Of a stretch of 64,000 bases of DNA, positions 49,768 through 62,418 are shown in pieces. The position numbers and the translations under genes are program-made. Numbering within the stretch: position 1 is the first letter of the stretch; every line of letters starts with the position of its first letter. The notes under the pieces were generated by a model. That model searched no databases and was not told the DNA's origin. It saw only the letters and a list, made by a program, of their open reading frames with translations. Origin of the DNA: Zootoca vivipara (lineage: Eukaryota). The stretch is taken from NCBI RefSeq assembly GCF_963506605.1, contig NC_083285.1:70618001-70682000 (forward strand), given 5' to 3'.

Positions 49768-50406
49768 GATAGGGGTAGAAGGGGAAGAAATGGAGGCAGT
49801 GAGAGATTTTACTTTCTTGGGCTCCTTGATCACTGCAGATGGTGACAGCAGTCACGAAATTAAAAGACGCCTGCTTCTTGGGAGAAAAGCAATGACAAAC
49901 CTAGACAGCATCTTAAAAAGCAGAGACATCACCTTGCCGACAAAGGTCTGTATAGTTAAAGCTATGGTTTTCCCAGTAGTGATGTATGGAAGTGAGAGCT
50001 GGACCATAAAGAAGGCTGATCGCCGAAGAATTGATGCTTTTGAATTATGGTGCTGGAGGAGACTCTTGAGAGTCCCATGGACTGCAAGAAGATCAAACCT
50101 ATCCATTCTTAAGGAAATCAGCCCTGAGTGCTCCCTGGAAGGACAGATCGTGAAGCTGAGGCTCCAATACTTTGGCCACCTCATGAGAAGAGAAGACTCC
50201 CTGGAAAAGACCCTGATGTTGGGAATGATTGAGGGCACAAGGAGAAGGGGATGACAGAGGACAAGATGGTTGGACAGTGTTCTCGAAGCTACGAACATGA
50301 GTTTGACCAAACTGCGGGAGGCAGTGCAAGACAGGAGTGCCTGGCGTGCTATGGTCCATGGGGTCACGAAGAGTCGGACACGACTAAACGACTAAACAAC
50401 AACAAC
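49768..50406 (+). mobile_element. BovB 3' fragment
   Basis: BovB peptide; TSD agcattt. Confidence 0.94.
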
Positions 50407-50736
50407 AGCATTTTATATTGCAGCTTTCCCCCCCCCTTTTTTGAGTAATGCACTAAACTTATTTCTTTTCATGCAAGAATTTAATCCCTTGGTGTTCATT
50501 GATACAATTTTTATTTTATTCATTGCCTACATCCCAATAAGATTTTGTACAGGAAAATAAATAAATATATAGACAAGTATTCCTTTGCATCAAAAAATTA
50601 AAAAAAATGAAAGAGAAAAAGAGAACAAAAACAAACAAGACCAAAAATAAAGTCAAATGGAAGGTCTTGATGATTCTTAACAATTTGCATCCAGGAAAGG
50701 ACAATGAGTTATAAATTGAGAACTGCATTTAAATTA

Positions 50737-51127
50737 CAGTAGTACCTCGGTTTATGAACACAATTGGTTCCGGAAGTCTGTTCATAAACTGAAGCGTTCA
50801 TAAACTGAAGCGAACTTTCCCATTGAAAGTAATGGAAAGTGGATTAATCTGTTCCAGATGGGTCCGCGGTGTTCGTAAACCGAAAATTCGTAAACCGAGG
50901 TGTTCATAAACCGAGGTTCCACTGTATTGGCATGGAAGGGTGAATGGTCTCATTAGATAGTAAAATTCATGTTAAATTGCTGTTTTAGGGTTGTTGTTTT
51001 TAACGTCTGGAACAGATTAATACGTTTTGCATTACTTTCCATGGAAAAGTGTACCTTAGCTTTGGAACGCTTTGCTTTTGGAACGGACTTCCAGAACGGA
51101 TTAAGTTTGAGAACCAAGGGACCACTG
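50737..51127. mobile_element. Tc1/mariner MITE (50737-50924) plus adjacent partial related MITE
   Basis: TA-flanked TIRs CAGTAGTACCTCGGTTTATGAAC. Confidence 0.8.
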
Positions 51128-51924
51128 TACCAGGAGGTAAGTCCAGAAGAACTTGGCTTTATTCATTCTGATCTTAAATGGAATACCTGATCAGCTTTTT
51201 TCCTCTGTGTGGCATCTTTTCCTTTTACATGCATGGCTTGTGGGATTTTCCTTTGAACGACATGCGCTGAGTTGATACACTGGGCTGCTTCAATCCCTAC
51301 CTCACACGCTTGCTCTAGTTCCAGAAATCCCTCGAGTTGCTGTTATAGAAATCCAACCCGATTTCTTATTTTTAAAGGTGCGGCAACTAGAAGTATCCAA
51401 AAGTACTCCCAAGTGTGGTTTGATGGAAGGAAAATAAATGTAGAAGTGCCCAATCCTTCTGACCACGCTGCTCCTGATTTAATCCTCTCTTTGAAGAAGT
51501 CCCTTTCTCCTTCACAGAGGTAAGTTTGTGGGAGGGTATCCCAGCTATAAAAACAACCCCCCCAAAATAAAATAAAAACAACCAGGAAGAGATCAAAAGA
51601 ATATAATTTTATTTTTAAGAAAGAATATGAACTAATACAGAAGAGAGCGTTTTGTTATGGTTCCCTGCATTGGACTAAATGACCCACAGAATTCCTTCCA
51701 ACTCAACTATTTGATGAGTTTTAAAAAAACACTATTTGGTGAGTTTATGGGGTTAAAGGTTAAGCAGACAACATCCTCCCTAGAGAAACCGATGTGTCTT
51801 CCAGATCAATGGGAACCCCTCTCCAAGTAGGGAATAGAGAGCAAGGATCGGACTCATCTGCCTATTTTTATATCTTAAATTCTACCAGCACCAGTTTATT
51901 TGTGTCAACTTAACTCATGACAAT

Positions 51925-52288
51925 GGGACCCAGGTGGCGCTGTGGGTTAAACCACAGAGTCTAGGGCTTGCTGATCAGAAGGTCGGCGGTTCGAATCCCT
52001 GCGACGGGGTGAGCTCCCGTTGCTCGTTCCCAGCTCCTGCCAATCTAGCAGTTCGAAAGCACGTCAAAGTGCAAGTAGATAAATAGGGACCGCTCCGGCG
52101 GGAAGGTAAACGGCGTTTCCGTGCGCTGCTCTGGTTCACCAGAAGCAGCTTAGTCATGCTGGCCACATGACCCAGAAGCTGTCTTTGGACAAACGCTGGC
52201 TCCCTTGGCCTATAGAGCGAGATGAGCGCCACGACCCCAGAGTCGGACACGACTGGACCTGATGGTCAGGGGCCCCTTCACCTTTACC
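51925..52288 (+). mobile_element. Sauria SINE
   Basis: A/B boxes, ACCTTT tail, TSD ttaact(c/t)atgacaa. Confidence 0.93.
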
Positions 52289-52542
52289 TTAACTTATGAC
52301 AAAATGCTTCGCCATTTCATCAGTTGCAGACCCCTGAAAGTCGAATATGCCCCCGCCTGCGGCAGTAACACATCCTCTGTGCGGGTTTTTGTACACATAA
52401 ATTATAAAATGAATTTATAGATTATAGATGTGCTCTTGTTAAGAGTATGAAAATGATGAATGCAGAGAGATCTTTAGAGACAAAAATACCAGCAACCCAC
52501 CTCTATCCCATGTGCATATCTGCATTCCCTGCCCACATTAAT

Positions 52543-52592
52543 CTTCCTTCCTTCCTTCCTTCCTTCCTTCCTTCCTTCCTTCCTTCCTTCCT
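52543..52592. repeat. (CTTC)n microsatellite in the OR8 polypyrimidine tract
   Basis: Direct reading; ends about 14 nt before the acceptor. Confidence 0.95.
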
Positions 52593-52626
52593 GGTTCTCC
52601 GCTCAGAACTGACCTCAACCGAGCCC

Positions 52627-53580
52627 ATGGAAGGCAGGAATCAGACGCTACTAGTGACCGAATTCATCTTCCTGGGTTTCTCTGGGGTCCACAAGGGACA
52701 GTCCTTCCTCTTCCTCCTCTTCCTGGCCATCTACCTCTTCACCCTGGTGGGAAATGGGGTGATCTTCACCCTGATCCAGCTGGACTCACGCCTCCACAGC
52801 CCCATGTACTTTTTCCTCAGCCACTTATCCTGCTTGGACGTCTGCTACTCATCCGTCACCATCCCCAAGATTCTGGCAAACTTCTGGCACCAGAGACACA
52901 CCATTTCCTACAACCAGTGCATGGTCCAGATGTTCCTCCTGATGACCTTTGCAGGGACTGAGTGCGCCCTGCTAGCCGCCATGGCCTACGACCGCTATGC
53001 CGCCATTTGTCAACCCTTGCGCTATGCTCACCTGATGAGCAGAAGTGTGTGTGTCCCTCTGGCTACCACTTCTTGGATCTGGGGCCTCTTGGACTCTGTT
53101 ATTCACACTGCGCTCTCCACCAACCTGACCTTCTGTGGGGCCAACCAGATCCACCACATCTTCTGCGATGTCCCTCCTCTTCTGCAAATCGCCTGCAGCG
53201 ACACCTACGTCAACGAGATGGCCCTTCATGTAGCAAGTGTGTTTGTCAGCCTGGGAACTTTCCTCCTGGTGGTCGTCTCGTATATCTTCATTCTGTCGGC
53301 CATCCTTCGGATCCGCTCTAACACCGGCAGGCGAAAAGCCTTCTCCACTTGCGCTGCCCACCTAGTTGTGGTCATCATCTATTTTGGGATGGCCAATGTG
53401 AACTACAACCGCCCGAGCACAGGCTACTCTTTAGAAGTCGACACCCTGATCTCTACTCTCTATTGTATCGTCATCCCCATGTTGAATCCTGTCATCTACA
53501 GCCTCCGCAACAAGGAGGTGAAGGAAGCCTTGAGGAAGGTTCTGGGGGGCTTGAAGAAGGGCTCTGATCTCCCTCACTAA
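52627..53580 (+). CDS. Olfactory receptor OR8, 317 aa
   Basis: MEGRNQT start after the acceptor ending at 52606; close paralog of OR7. Confidence 0.96.
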   Translation: MEGRNQTLLVTEFIFLGFSGVHKGQSFLFLLFLAIYLFTLVGNGVIFTLIQLDSRLHSPMYFFLSHLSCLDVCYSSVTIPKILANFWHQRHTISYNQCMVQMFLLMTFAGTECALLAAMAYDRYAAICQPLRYAHLMSRSVCVPLATTSWIWGLLDSVIHTALSTNLTFCGANQIHHIFCDVPPLLQIACSDTYVNEMALHVASVFVSLGTFLLVVVSYIFILSAILRIRSNTGRRKAFSTCAAHLVVVIIYFGMANVNYNRPSTGYSLEVDTLISTLYCIVIPMLNPVIYSLRNKEVKEALRKVLGGLKKGSDLPH

Positions 53581-53616
53581 CAGGGTCTCCTGCCTTTGGC
53601 GAAATTTCCCTTGGGA

Positions 53617-53669
<53 letters not shown>
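53617..53669. repeat. (AAT)n microsatellite
   Basis: Direct reading. Confidence 0.95.
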
Positions 53670-53673
<4 letters not shown>

Positions 53674-54239
53674 TTTATACCCTGCCCACCTGACTGGGTT
53701 ACCCCAGCCACTCGGGCCACTTCCAAAATATGTAAACATTAAAAAGCATCAAGCATTAAAAACAGTTGTCCTTGTTGTGTCCTCTTTTTTCAGCTTCGTC
53801 CCCGGATGTAAAAATTTCCCATTCTTCCACAGTTAAGTTCTTTTAATTTCAGGGATCCACATTTCCACATCTTTTTCTGTTTTCTTTATTTTGTTAAGTC
53901 TTCCCAAAAAATTCATCAGCCTCTCAGTGCGAAGTTCTCCTAACACACACATTTTTGTATGCAATCTTGCATGACATAGTCATTCTTTTAAAGGCTATTT
54001 CCCCTTAAAATGCGACCCTTTCTCCATATTTTACCTTCGCCCATATAGTTCTGTAAATATGACTTGGCTGGATATCTGCCCCGTATGACCTGGAGAAGTA
54101 CAAATTTGAAATGCTGGCTGCGTTTTGATTTCCGTACTGGTTGTTGTTGTGTTTTGTTTTGTTTTTTGGCAGATTGAATTTTGCAGATTGAGTTGATTTC
54201 CTCTGCTCCTCCTCCCTAAGATCCTCATTTGAACATTGC

Positions 54240-54740
54240 TATTCCCTGATCCCCTCGAGATCTACTCTGTACCCTTGGCACCAGCATTTTCTATCAGGGG
54301 AAAAACCGTGGGGAAAGAGATGTTTTTTCCTGCACGCCCTGATATTCCTTCCCTCTTCAGGGGCTGCTGAAACACGTAATAAAAGCTCTCTTCCCTGCTG
54401 GAGTTTGGGCCACAAGATGCAGGCAGAACTATGCCCAATTTTAGGGCGTGTGGTGACACCTAAAGGACAAGGAGGGTCAGCTAGAAACTGGAACCGTTCC
54501 TTGGGCTGAGGATGAGCCCCAGCCTGGTCTATCCCTTGTTCTGACAGGAGGAAAGGTGGAGACTCTGCTACTCACCCCCCCACCCTTCTCTGGCCTCCGG
54601 ATCCTCCTACCAGGTTTCCCTCACTGGGGGACATGGAAGAAATATCAGCATCTGAAACCAAGAATCTCTACATCCTTTCAAGCCCAGCAGCAACCGCAGC
54701 AACCAGCTGAGTTCCACAGGTCAGAAGTTGCCAGGTGAGG
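54240..54740 (+). promoter_or_regulatory. Orphan promoter/first exon of the OR relic at 56.6 kb
   Basis: Same block; TAATAAAA at 54377; donor at 54735. Confidence 0.45.
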
Positions 54741-55616
54741 AGCAGAGAAATAAAAGGGCCCGGAAAGTCACCTCTAAACCCAGGAAAGGCTGCATTTGCA
54801 ATGGGGATAGGGAGCCATCACTCACCTGCACGCACCACTTCGTTTAAAACCATGCAAATGTCACATCCGCCACTGCGTAATATTGGGTACGTTGGTTAAA
54901 ACATGAGGGGAAATGAAGGAATCGTCTGGGCTGGCTGATTGACAGCTGTTCTCAAAGCTGTTCAATGTTCCATGCAAGACAACAAAGCTTTGACATGCTC
55001 ACATTGTCAAGCAATCTGCTTCCGTTGACTTCATTCTGTCCAGTGTAAGGATTGCGTGATGTGTCAGTTTTGATTTCTCTCCATTTCCCCTTTTTCCATT
55101 CTGCTCTTAAGTTCACTTCTCCACATCAGTTCGGGGATTTTATTTCATTTCCCCAAGTGCTCTCAAAAATTCATCAGCATTTTAGTACCCAGCGGATTGC
55201 AATTTTAGTCAATATGCAGATATTTGCATCTCCATTTCCTTTAAAATAATGCATGCGTTTGAAGTAATATATCTACGGTATTTACACACACATTCAGCCA
55301 CTGTAGATGCATCCTGGCAGCCGTTTCCTCAATGGGGCACTGTATTGCAAAATTTGTGGAAGTGCAAATTTTGAAGGGTGCTTCTCCCCCCCCCCCCGGC
55401 CCCAGTGTTTCAGAAAGTGCAGATTAGTTAGCTCTGGTTTTAAATGTGAACTGAATCTAATGCACTCCCCCATCCCTAGTTCAGAGCGATTTTATGCATC
55501 AGACTTATTCATTGGCTGTAGATTCAGGACAGACATTCCCCCGCCCACCAAAAAGTAGTGTGGCTCATAGTGCAGAAAATATTAAAGGGTTTAGCTGCCT
55601 CAACATATCATTTTAA

Positions 55617-56133
55617 AAAATCCTTTCAGTAGCACCTTAGAGACCAACTAAATTTGTCATTGGTATGAGCTTTCGTGTGGTATCTGAAGAAGTGTGCATG
55701 CACACAAAAGCTCATACCAATAACAAACTTTGTTGTTGTTTTGTCGTGTCCGACTCTTCGTGACCCCATGGACCATAGCACGCCAGGCACTCCTGTCTTG
55801 CACTGCCTCCCGCAGTTTGGTCAAACTCATGTTCGTAGCTTTGAGAACACTGTCCAACCATCTCGTCCTCTGTCGTCCCCTTCTCCTAGTGCCCTCCATC
55901 TTTCCCAACATCAGGGTCTTTTCCAGGGAGTCTTCTCTTCTCATGAGGTGGCCAAAGTATTGGAGCCTCAGCTTCAGGATCTGTCCTTCCAGTGAGCACT
56001 CAGGGCTGATTTCCTTCAGAATGGATAGGTTTGATCTTCTTGACCAACTTAGTTGGTCTCTAAAGTGCTATTGGAAGGAATTTTTTTATTTTGTTTTGAC
56101 TACGGAAAACCAGCATGGCTACCTACCTGTAAC
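55617..56133. mobile_element. Penelope pseudo-LTR fold-back remnant interrupted by BovB
   Basis: Inverted pLTR halves matching the 61.8 kb element; hammerhead motif at 55680-55717 with GAAA changed to AAAA. Confidence 0.8.
55731..56042 (-). mobile_element. BovB 3' fragment inside the Penelope remnant
   Basis: BovB peptide; TSD-like ac(a/c)aactt. Confidence 0.92.
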
Positions 56134-56289
56134 TCAACATATCATGGTAGCCTTGTCATAACCAGCTTTTAAATGCAGAAAGGGAACTTAAGATTCTTAA
56201 CTGAGCAACACAAGGGTGTTGAGCAACTGGCTCTGGCATCCCACAGGGCAGAAGGAGCCATGGATCACTCTTCACACATGAGTGGGGAG

Positions 56290-56635
56290 CAGTGCCAGAT
56301 TTAGGTATAAGGTAAACAAGCTCTAGCTTAGGGCCCCACTCTCTTGGGGGGCCCCCCAAAAAATCAAAGGGAAAAAACCTGGGTGTACATTTCCAAAATA
56401 TAAGATAAAAAACAAATAAAATAAAACCTACATACAGCAACAGTGTTTTGTGTTGTGTAGGCTCCTAGGATGTAAGTCATGGGCCCCCAATCATAATTAT
56501 TTCACTATTAATATATTTCTTCTTAGTTGTATTTCAGTTCAACAATTACTTTGATAAAATACATACAGTATTTTGTTATGTGCAAATGGCTTTAGATACC
56601 TATGAGGTCCATCAATGACCATATATTCAACACTG
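56290..56635. mobile_element. Probable hAT-like non-autonomous element
   Basis: CAGTG...CACTG ends and GGGCCCC subterminal motifs; no TSD seen. Confidence 0.5.
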
Positions 56636-56903
56636 CCGCTCTAACACCGGCAGGCGAAAAGCCTTCTCCACTTGCGCCGCCCACATAGTTGTGGTCATCA
56701 TCTATTTTGGGATAGCCAATGTGAACTACAACCGCCCAAGCGCAGGCTACTCCTTGGAGGCTGACACCCTGATCTCTACTCTCTATTGTATCGTCATCCC
56801 CATGTTGAATCCTGTCATCTACAGCCTCCGCAACAAGGAGGTGAAGGAAGCCCTGAGGAAGGTTCTGGGGGGCTTGAAGAAGGGCTCTGATCTCCCTCAC
56901 TAA
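56636..56903 (+). pseudogene. OR relic: TM6 to stop of an OR8-like paralog
   Basis: RSNTGRRKAFSTCAAH...LKKGSDLPH* is nearly identical to OR8; the upstream CDS is absent. Confidence 0.93.
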
Positions 56904-59663
56904 CAGGGATGCCTCTTGGGCCTAGCACCTGTGGAGAAATTCCCCTTTGCGAGTTCAAGTACGGAGGCTCACACCACAAAGCGATCAGACTTTGCTTAGC
57001 AGTGTATCACTGGGCAGAGTCCACAGAGTCTGTACCGAGATCCCAAAGGAGCAGAAAAGACTTTTCATGTATGCAACGACTGCCCTATGGATGCTATTAG
57101 CCCAGAGATGGAAAGAAGTTAGAGTCCCTACCAGAGAAGAATAGCAAACTAAGCTGTTGGAATACGCCGCCGAAATGGCAATACTGACCGGAAAGCTCAG
57201 GAGCCAAGAAGATAAAAACTTCAAGAAAGAATGGGGAGAATTTATAATTTATTTAGGAGACCACTGTAAGCAGATGAAAACATTAGCAGGATTCTAATAA
57301 CACTTGCAATGCAACCAATACTATGGCCAATATGGAGAGGTATAAAACATGGATGATGAAATAATATGCAGTTGGAAATAGGACTCAAGGCGGGGATGGT
57401 GGGAAGTCTGGAGATTCATAGAAATCTCTAAATATGGATATGTATTTGGTATTGTTAGAACTCTACACTTTTAAAATCAAATGAAAATTATTTCAAAGAG
57501 TCTGGAAGAGCATTTCCATACACTATATAGCCAAATGGACGCCATCTTTGTTATTTAGTCTCTACCCAACTGCTCTCTACCACCCCTGGCACTTAGCCAT
57601 CTCACATCCAGCCACAGCCCAGGAAATACAACTTTCTCAACCCATTATTATTATTTTCACTGTACATATCAGAACCTCCCCCCACCCCCCAGCACGCTAC
57701 AGGATTCCTTGAGGCAAGCCATGCACTTTAAATGTATGGTGTGTCTGTGATCTTTGATTTGGTTCGTTGGCTTGGCTTTTATGATGAGGTGGTGATGAAG
57801 ATCATTATTTATTCCCTGCCCATCTGACTCGGTTGCCCCAGATCTCGTTTCTGGCCCTGAGACCGCAGGGGAGGCGTGGTGACAATGTGTTCGTGTGTTT
57901 AATGGAGTCAGAAAATTGCCTTCCTGCAAGCTGGCGAGTCTTCCAATATGTGCTGCTGGAAGCCTGTTGCAAGTGAACAATGCCCTAAAATTAACGGAGG
58001 TTTTAGGGCCACCCAAAAGCATCTGCCCACAGCCGGGTGGGGATTGTGAGACCTTCAGAAAGAGGAGTGGTGAAAGCTTCACAAGTCTCACTTCATTTTT
58101 AATAGCTGAGGGATCAATGTGGGGGAGTATTCTTAGGAACCCTGAGGACTCTTTTGAAATGGAGAGGCACCAACTCAGAACACTGCCTTCCTCAACCTGG
58201 CGCCCTCCAGATGCTCTGAACCACAGCTCCCTTTAGCACCAGCCATCGCAGCCGCATGGGGCTGAGGGAACTATAGTCCAAAACGGCTGCAGAGCTGCAG
58301 AAGGCTGACATATGCTATCCACCACATGCAAGAGTTTTGAGTTGATATAAATGACTTTATTCTCTTTTTTATCCTTTTATGCACACCATGTATGATGAGT
58401 CATGCATGTTTTCCCCCTGGCAGAGCATTGCAAGATGAGCAACACAAAAAAGAAGCAGGGATTCCCCTCTGTGGGATGGAACACTGGGACAGACAAGTCA
58501 CAACAGTTCCTAGAGTGTCCACTAACAGGAACTCACCTGGAGGGACACCTGACTAAGTTCTTGTTCCTCCAGATATGCAGATGAGATGGATTAGCTGGGA
58601 CAAAAGCCCCTAGCCAGCAGCCATTCTCTCTCTTAGCCTTTTCTCCTTCGATGGGAACACATCTCCAGAGAATCTCCAGATAGGATGGTTCTCCCTCTTG
58701 GCCTGCAGCCAAGAGAGAGACCAGATGGAGCCTTACTTTACTAAGTAGTCTCCACATGTATATATCTGTAACTTTTCTACGTAAGCCTGCCTTTCTGAGA
58801 TTATGCTGTTAACTCAGGATGAAACTGTAAGTAAACACTATCTTATTTTATAAACACTGTGTTGTGTATTTCTTTTAAGAGGGACAAAGGGGACTTTGCC
58901 AGGAAGCATAATATTTTACAGGTTTTAGCAAACCTGAACGCACTCGCTTTGCTGCGCACAAAAGGGGAATGTCACTCTGCTGATATTGGAAGCTTGCTAA
59001 CACAAGCTTGGATAGGATTTATCTAATAATATATCCTAATCCACATCCCTAACATTCCCACACCCTCTACCTACGTTACAAGGCGTGTGTGTGTGTGTGT
59101 GATCCAGCGATGCAGCATCTGAGGTTGCCCAGAGCAAGGCAGCTGAGCTTGTGTTTTGCACACCCACTCTACCCCTTGAACTTCACTGCCTCCTTCCCGG
59201 AATTTTCAAACTTCCAACTGCGTTTCTGATTTGTGCATCATTGTATTGCTTCGAGCGATCTAGAGGTGGGGTTTCCTTTGCTGGAGGTTTTCAAACAGAG
59301 ATTATGTAGCTGTGATTCCTGCACTGCAGGGGGTCAGACTAGATGACCCGCAGGGTCCCTTCCAGCTCTGCAGTCCTATGATTTTGTGGAGAGCTGAATT
59401 AGGCAGCTGCGGTTCCCTCAGAAAGAAAGAACAGGAAGGAAACATCAAGCCCAGAGGCAGCCTGAGCAAATTCAGAAACTGTACTCGGAAGGAAAAGCAA
59501 ATTTCTCTCTCTCACTGAATTGGGAGATGCATGCGAGGGGAAAGCCAAGCTCTTCTCCACTCCGGGGCTGGATTGGAGCCTATCGGTGTGAAACAGAAGG
59601 AAGCCGGGTTGTGGGCACAGAGGGGTTGGGGCACACAGAGTTTCCACATTACAACGGAGAGCA

Positions 59664-59800
59664 TCACGGAAGCAGCTCCACGTAATTGGCTGGGAAGAGG
59701 CCATGCCGGCCTTGGCAGGATCCACGCCACCAGCCCTCGTCCACCTGCTCGATGTCCGTGATGGTGTCTCCAGGGTCAAAGGAAATCTCATCATCCCCCT
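59664..59800 (-). CDS. HCLS1: HCLS1-like terminal coding exon (SH3)
   Basis: tttttgtcag|[52 protein letters not shown] favours HCLS1 over cortactin or DBNL (YDYQAA). Confidence 0.88.
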
Positions 59801-59869
59801 CTGACAAAAAGGGAGAGGGAAAAAGAGGATGGGTGAGTCAGTTGCGATTGCTGTGGGCACCACAGCAGG

Positions 59870-60365
59870 GTTACAGAAGTGTCAAAGCAATGATTCTTCA
59901 ACATCAACTTCGTTGGACTGGTCATGTTGTGCGGCTGCCTGATGATCGTCTTCCAAAGCAACTACTCTATTCTGAACTTAAAAATTGAAAGCGTAATGCT
60001 GGTGGCCAACAAAAGAGGTTTAAAGACTGACTCAAGGCAAATCTAAGAAAATGTAGTATAAACACTGACAACTGGGAAACACTGGCCTGCGAGCGCTCCA
60101 ATTGGAGAACAGCCTTGACCAAAGGTGTCATGGGCTTTGAAGAAACTCGATCTCAGGACGCAAGGGAGAAACGTGCTAAGAGGAAGGCACGCTTGGCAAA
60201 TCCACACTGTGATTAACTTCTGCCTGGAAACCAATGTCCCTACTGTGGAAGGACGTGTGGCTTCAGAATTGGCCTCCACAGTCGCTAACAGAGTCACTGT
60301 TAAAACTGTGTTTATGGAAGACAATCTTACTCGGCTACGAGGGATCCCCAAAGAAGAAGAAGAAA
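59870..60365 (+). mobile_element. RTE-clade LINE 3' end (not BovB)
   Basis: QLRWTGHVVRLPDDRLPKQLLYSEL peptide; (GAA)n tail. Confidence 0.85.
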
Positions 60366-60480
60366 GAAGGGGGGTCTCAGTTGTACCAATTGCCTCTCCG
60401 TTGTATCGGCTTGGCACCCCCCATCTGTCTTTCCGAGTACAAAGCCCACCCTGAACCTACGTAGTTTTGCTCCTGGACGT

Positions 60481-60614
60481 AGAATCATAGAATCATAGAG
60501 TTGGAAGAGACCACAAGGGCCATCCGGTCCAACCCCCTGCCAAGCAGGAAACACCATCAAAGCATTCTTGACATATGCCTGTCAAGCCTCTGCTTAAAGA
60601 CCTCCAAAGAAGGA
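60481..60614 (-). mobile_element. CR1 3' tail
   Basis: Octamer tail. Confidence 0.88.
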
Positions 60615-61560
60615 GGTCTTTAAGCTTGCTCTTTAGGGGTCAAGGACCTGCAGGTGCCAACCCATAATATACACCTGTGATGCATCACTTGACGGCTGCA
60701 ACCATTCCTGCATCAGAAAAGTCTGGTTGCAGCAGTTCGTGCCTTGCTTACTTCAAGGCTCCTTGAACCTGGAATGCGCTCCACAGGGGGCTTCCTTTGC
60801 GTTTGATCCAGAAGCCGCTGTGAGCGCAGGATGCTGCAGTGCAATTGCTGGCGGGCACAAGGCCTTGTTAGCATATAACACCTGCGCTCAGAGTTGCCGA
60901 TTTGGGACAGGTTCAAGGAGTAACTATTAATATATAAAGCCTTTAACAACCTGGGACCAGTTTACCTGCCCCACATGTGCCTACTTGTGTTGACTGGCAG
61001 AACTGGCACTGCTACCGCTATCACATGATACCCATTTATATATCTTTGGAACTCCCTGCCTATTGATCTCAGGCAGGTACCTTCACTGCATGCCTGCTAA
61101 AAACTGCTTCGACAAGCTTACCCCTTTGCTTAGAAAGTTGGTGGCAGTTTGAACCTGTTTTTAGTCTACGGTTATCTTGAATGTCTGGAATTATTGCTGT
61201 CCACTTTTATTTCGGGTAAGTTTAGTATCCTTTTTTGCAAACCGCTTTGAGGTTTTCTGACCACCAAGTGGTGTGTGCATTTAATGAATATTTAAAAATA
61301 CCACACTCCTCCTGCCCCTGCCTTTCTGAACCCTAGGGAACCCTCCCCCCAAATATAACATAGCCACTTATCTCCTCTTCTCAACAACCTCTCCGTGACA
61401 ATGTTGTATTAAAGGGGGTTGGACTAGATAAGACCTGGGGTCCCCTCCAACTCTACCATTCAATGGTTCTATGGTGTCTGCTGTGGGTGATCTCTCCAGA
61501 ACCCCATCACCACCACCCTCACACCCCAAGCCCCAAATGGATGCAAAACATTTGACTGAC

Positions 61561-61611
61561 CTCCCTGGTAATCGTAGAGGGCCCGAGCACACAGCCCTGA
61601 CTGGCTCGCTC
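61561..61611 (-). CDS. HCLS1: HCLS1-like penultimate exon (51 nt), start of SH3
   Basis: ttgcag|GASQSGLCARALYDYQG|gtcagt, phase 1 at both ends. Confidence 0.87.
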
Positions 61612-61841
61612 CTGCAAGGGAAGAAAGTGGGGTGAGCTGACTTGCACCAAGCATGGAAGAACGCCCCAGGCACTTAGCATTGCCAGGTGCATTAAAAGGC
61701 AGCCCTCCATTTGCCCCCCCCCCAACCTCAGCTGCACTGATATCCTCTAGTTACAGGTAGGTAGCCGTGTTGGTCTGAGTCGAAACAAAATAAAAAAATT
61801 CCTTCAGTAGCACCTTAAAGACCAACTAAGTTTATATTTTG

Positions 61842-61879
61842 GTATGAGCTTTCGTGTGCATGCACACTTCTTCAGATAC
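61842..61879 (-). ncRNA. Minimal type I hammerhead ribozyme motif (Penelope type), intact core
   Basis: gtat-CTGAAGA-a-gtgtgcatgcacac-GAAA-gc-TC-atac. Confidence 0.75.
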
Positions 61880-62380
61880 ACTAGAAACAGAAGTGTCAGA
61901 CCCTATATATATACAGAGGGTGGTGGGGGTGGGTGGGAATGGGAAGCTCTCTATATTGGACAAACAGGCCAAACCCTACGCCAAAGGATAAATGGACATA
62001 AATCTGACATCAGGAACCATAAGACTGAAAAACCAGTAGGAGAACACTTCAATCTCCCAGGACATTCTATACAAGATCTCAAAGCAGCTGTTTTATTACA
62101 GAGAAATTTCAGGAACAGACTGGAAAGAGAAGTTGCTGAATTGGAAATCATTACCAAGCTTAAAACCATGGAAGCACCTGGGATGAATAGAGACATCGGA
62201 TTCTTATCTCATTATGCATGATCAAGCTTTCTTTAGCACCTCAGTCCAGGACTAATTGCAGCCATCAGCAGCCATTAACAGCCATCCACAGGTTTACCAC
62301 TCCCATCAGCCCATCACCCATTCCCACCCACCCCCACCACCCTCTGTATATATATAGGGTCTGACACTTCTGTTTCTAGT

Positions 62381-62418
62381 GTATCTGAAGAAGTGTGCAT
62401 GCACACGACAGCTCATAC
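62381..62418 (+). ncRNA. Hammerhead motif with core mutation
   Basis: Same motif with GAAA changed to GACA (62409). Confidence 0.65.

Noticed and set aside
58356-58361. Minus-strand AATAAA as the HCLS1-like poly(A) signal
   Set aside because: Plausible, but other candidates exist (e.g. ~57807) and sequence alone cannot decide.
58428-59080. Possible solo LTR downstream of the HCLS1-like stop
   Set aside because: LTR-like composition, but I could not identify matching termini and a TSD.
61844-62221. 125-aa GIY-YIG ORF as a stand-alone nuclease gene
   Set aside because: Chance fusion of an inverted pLTR to a truncated Penelope endonuclease.
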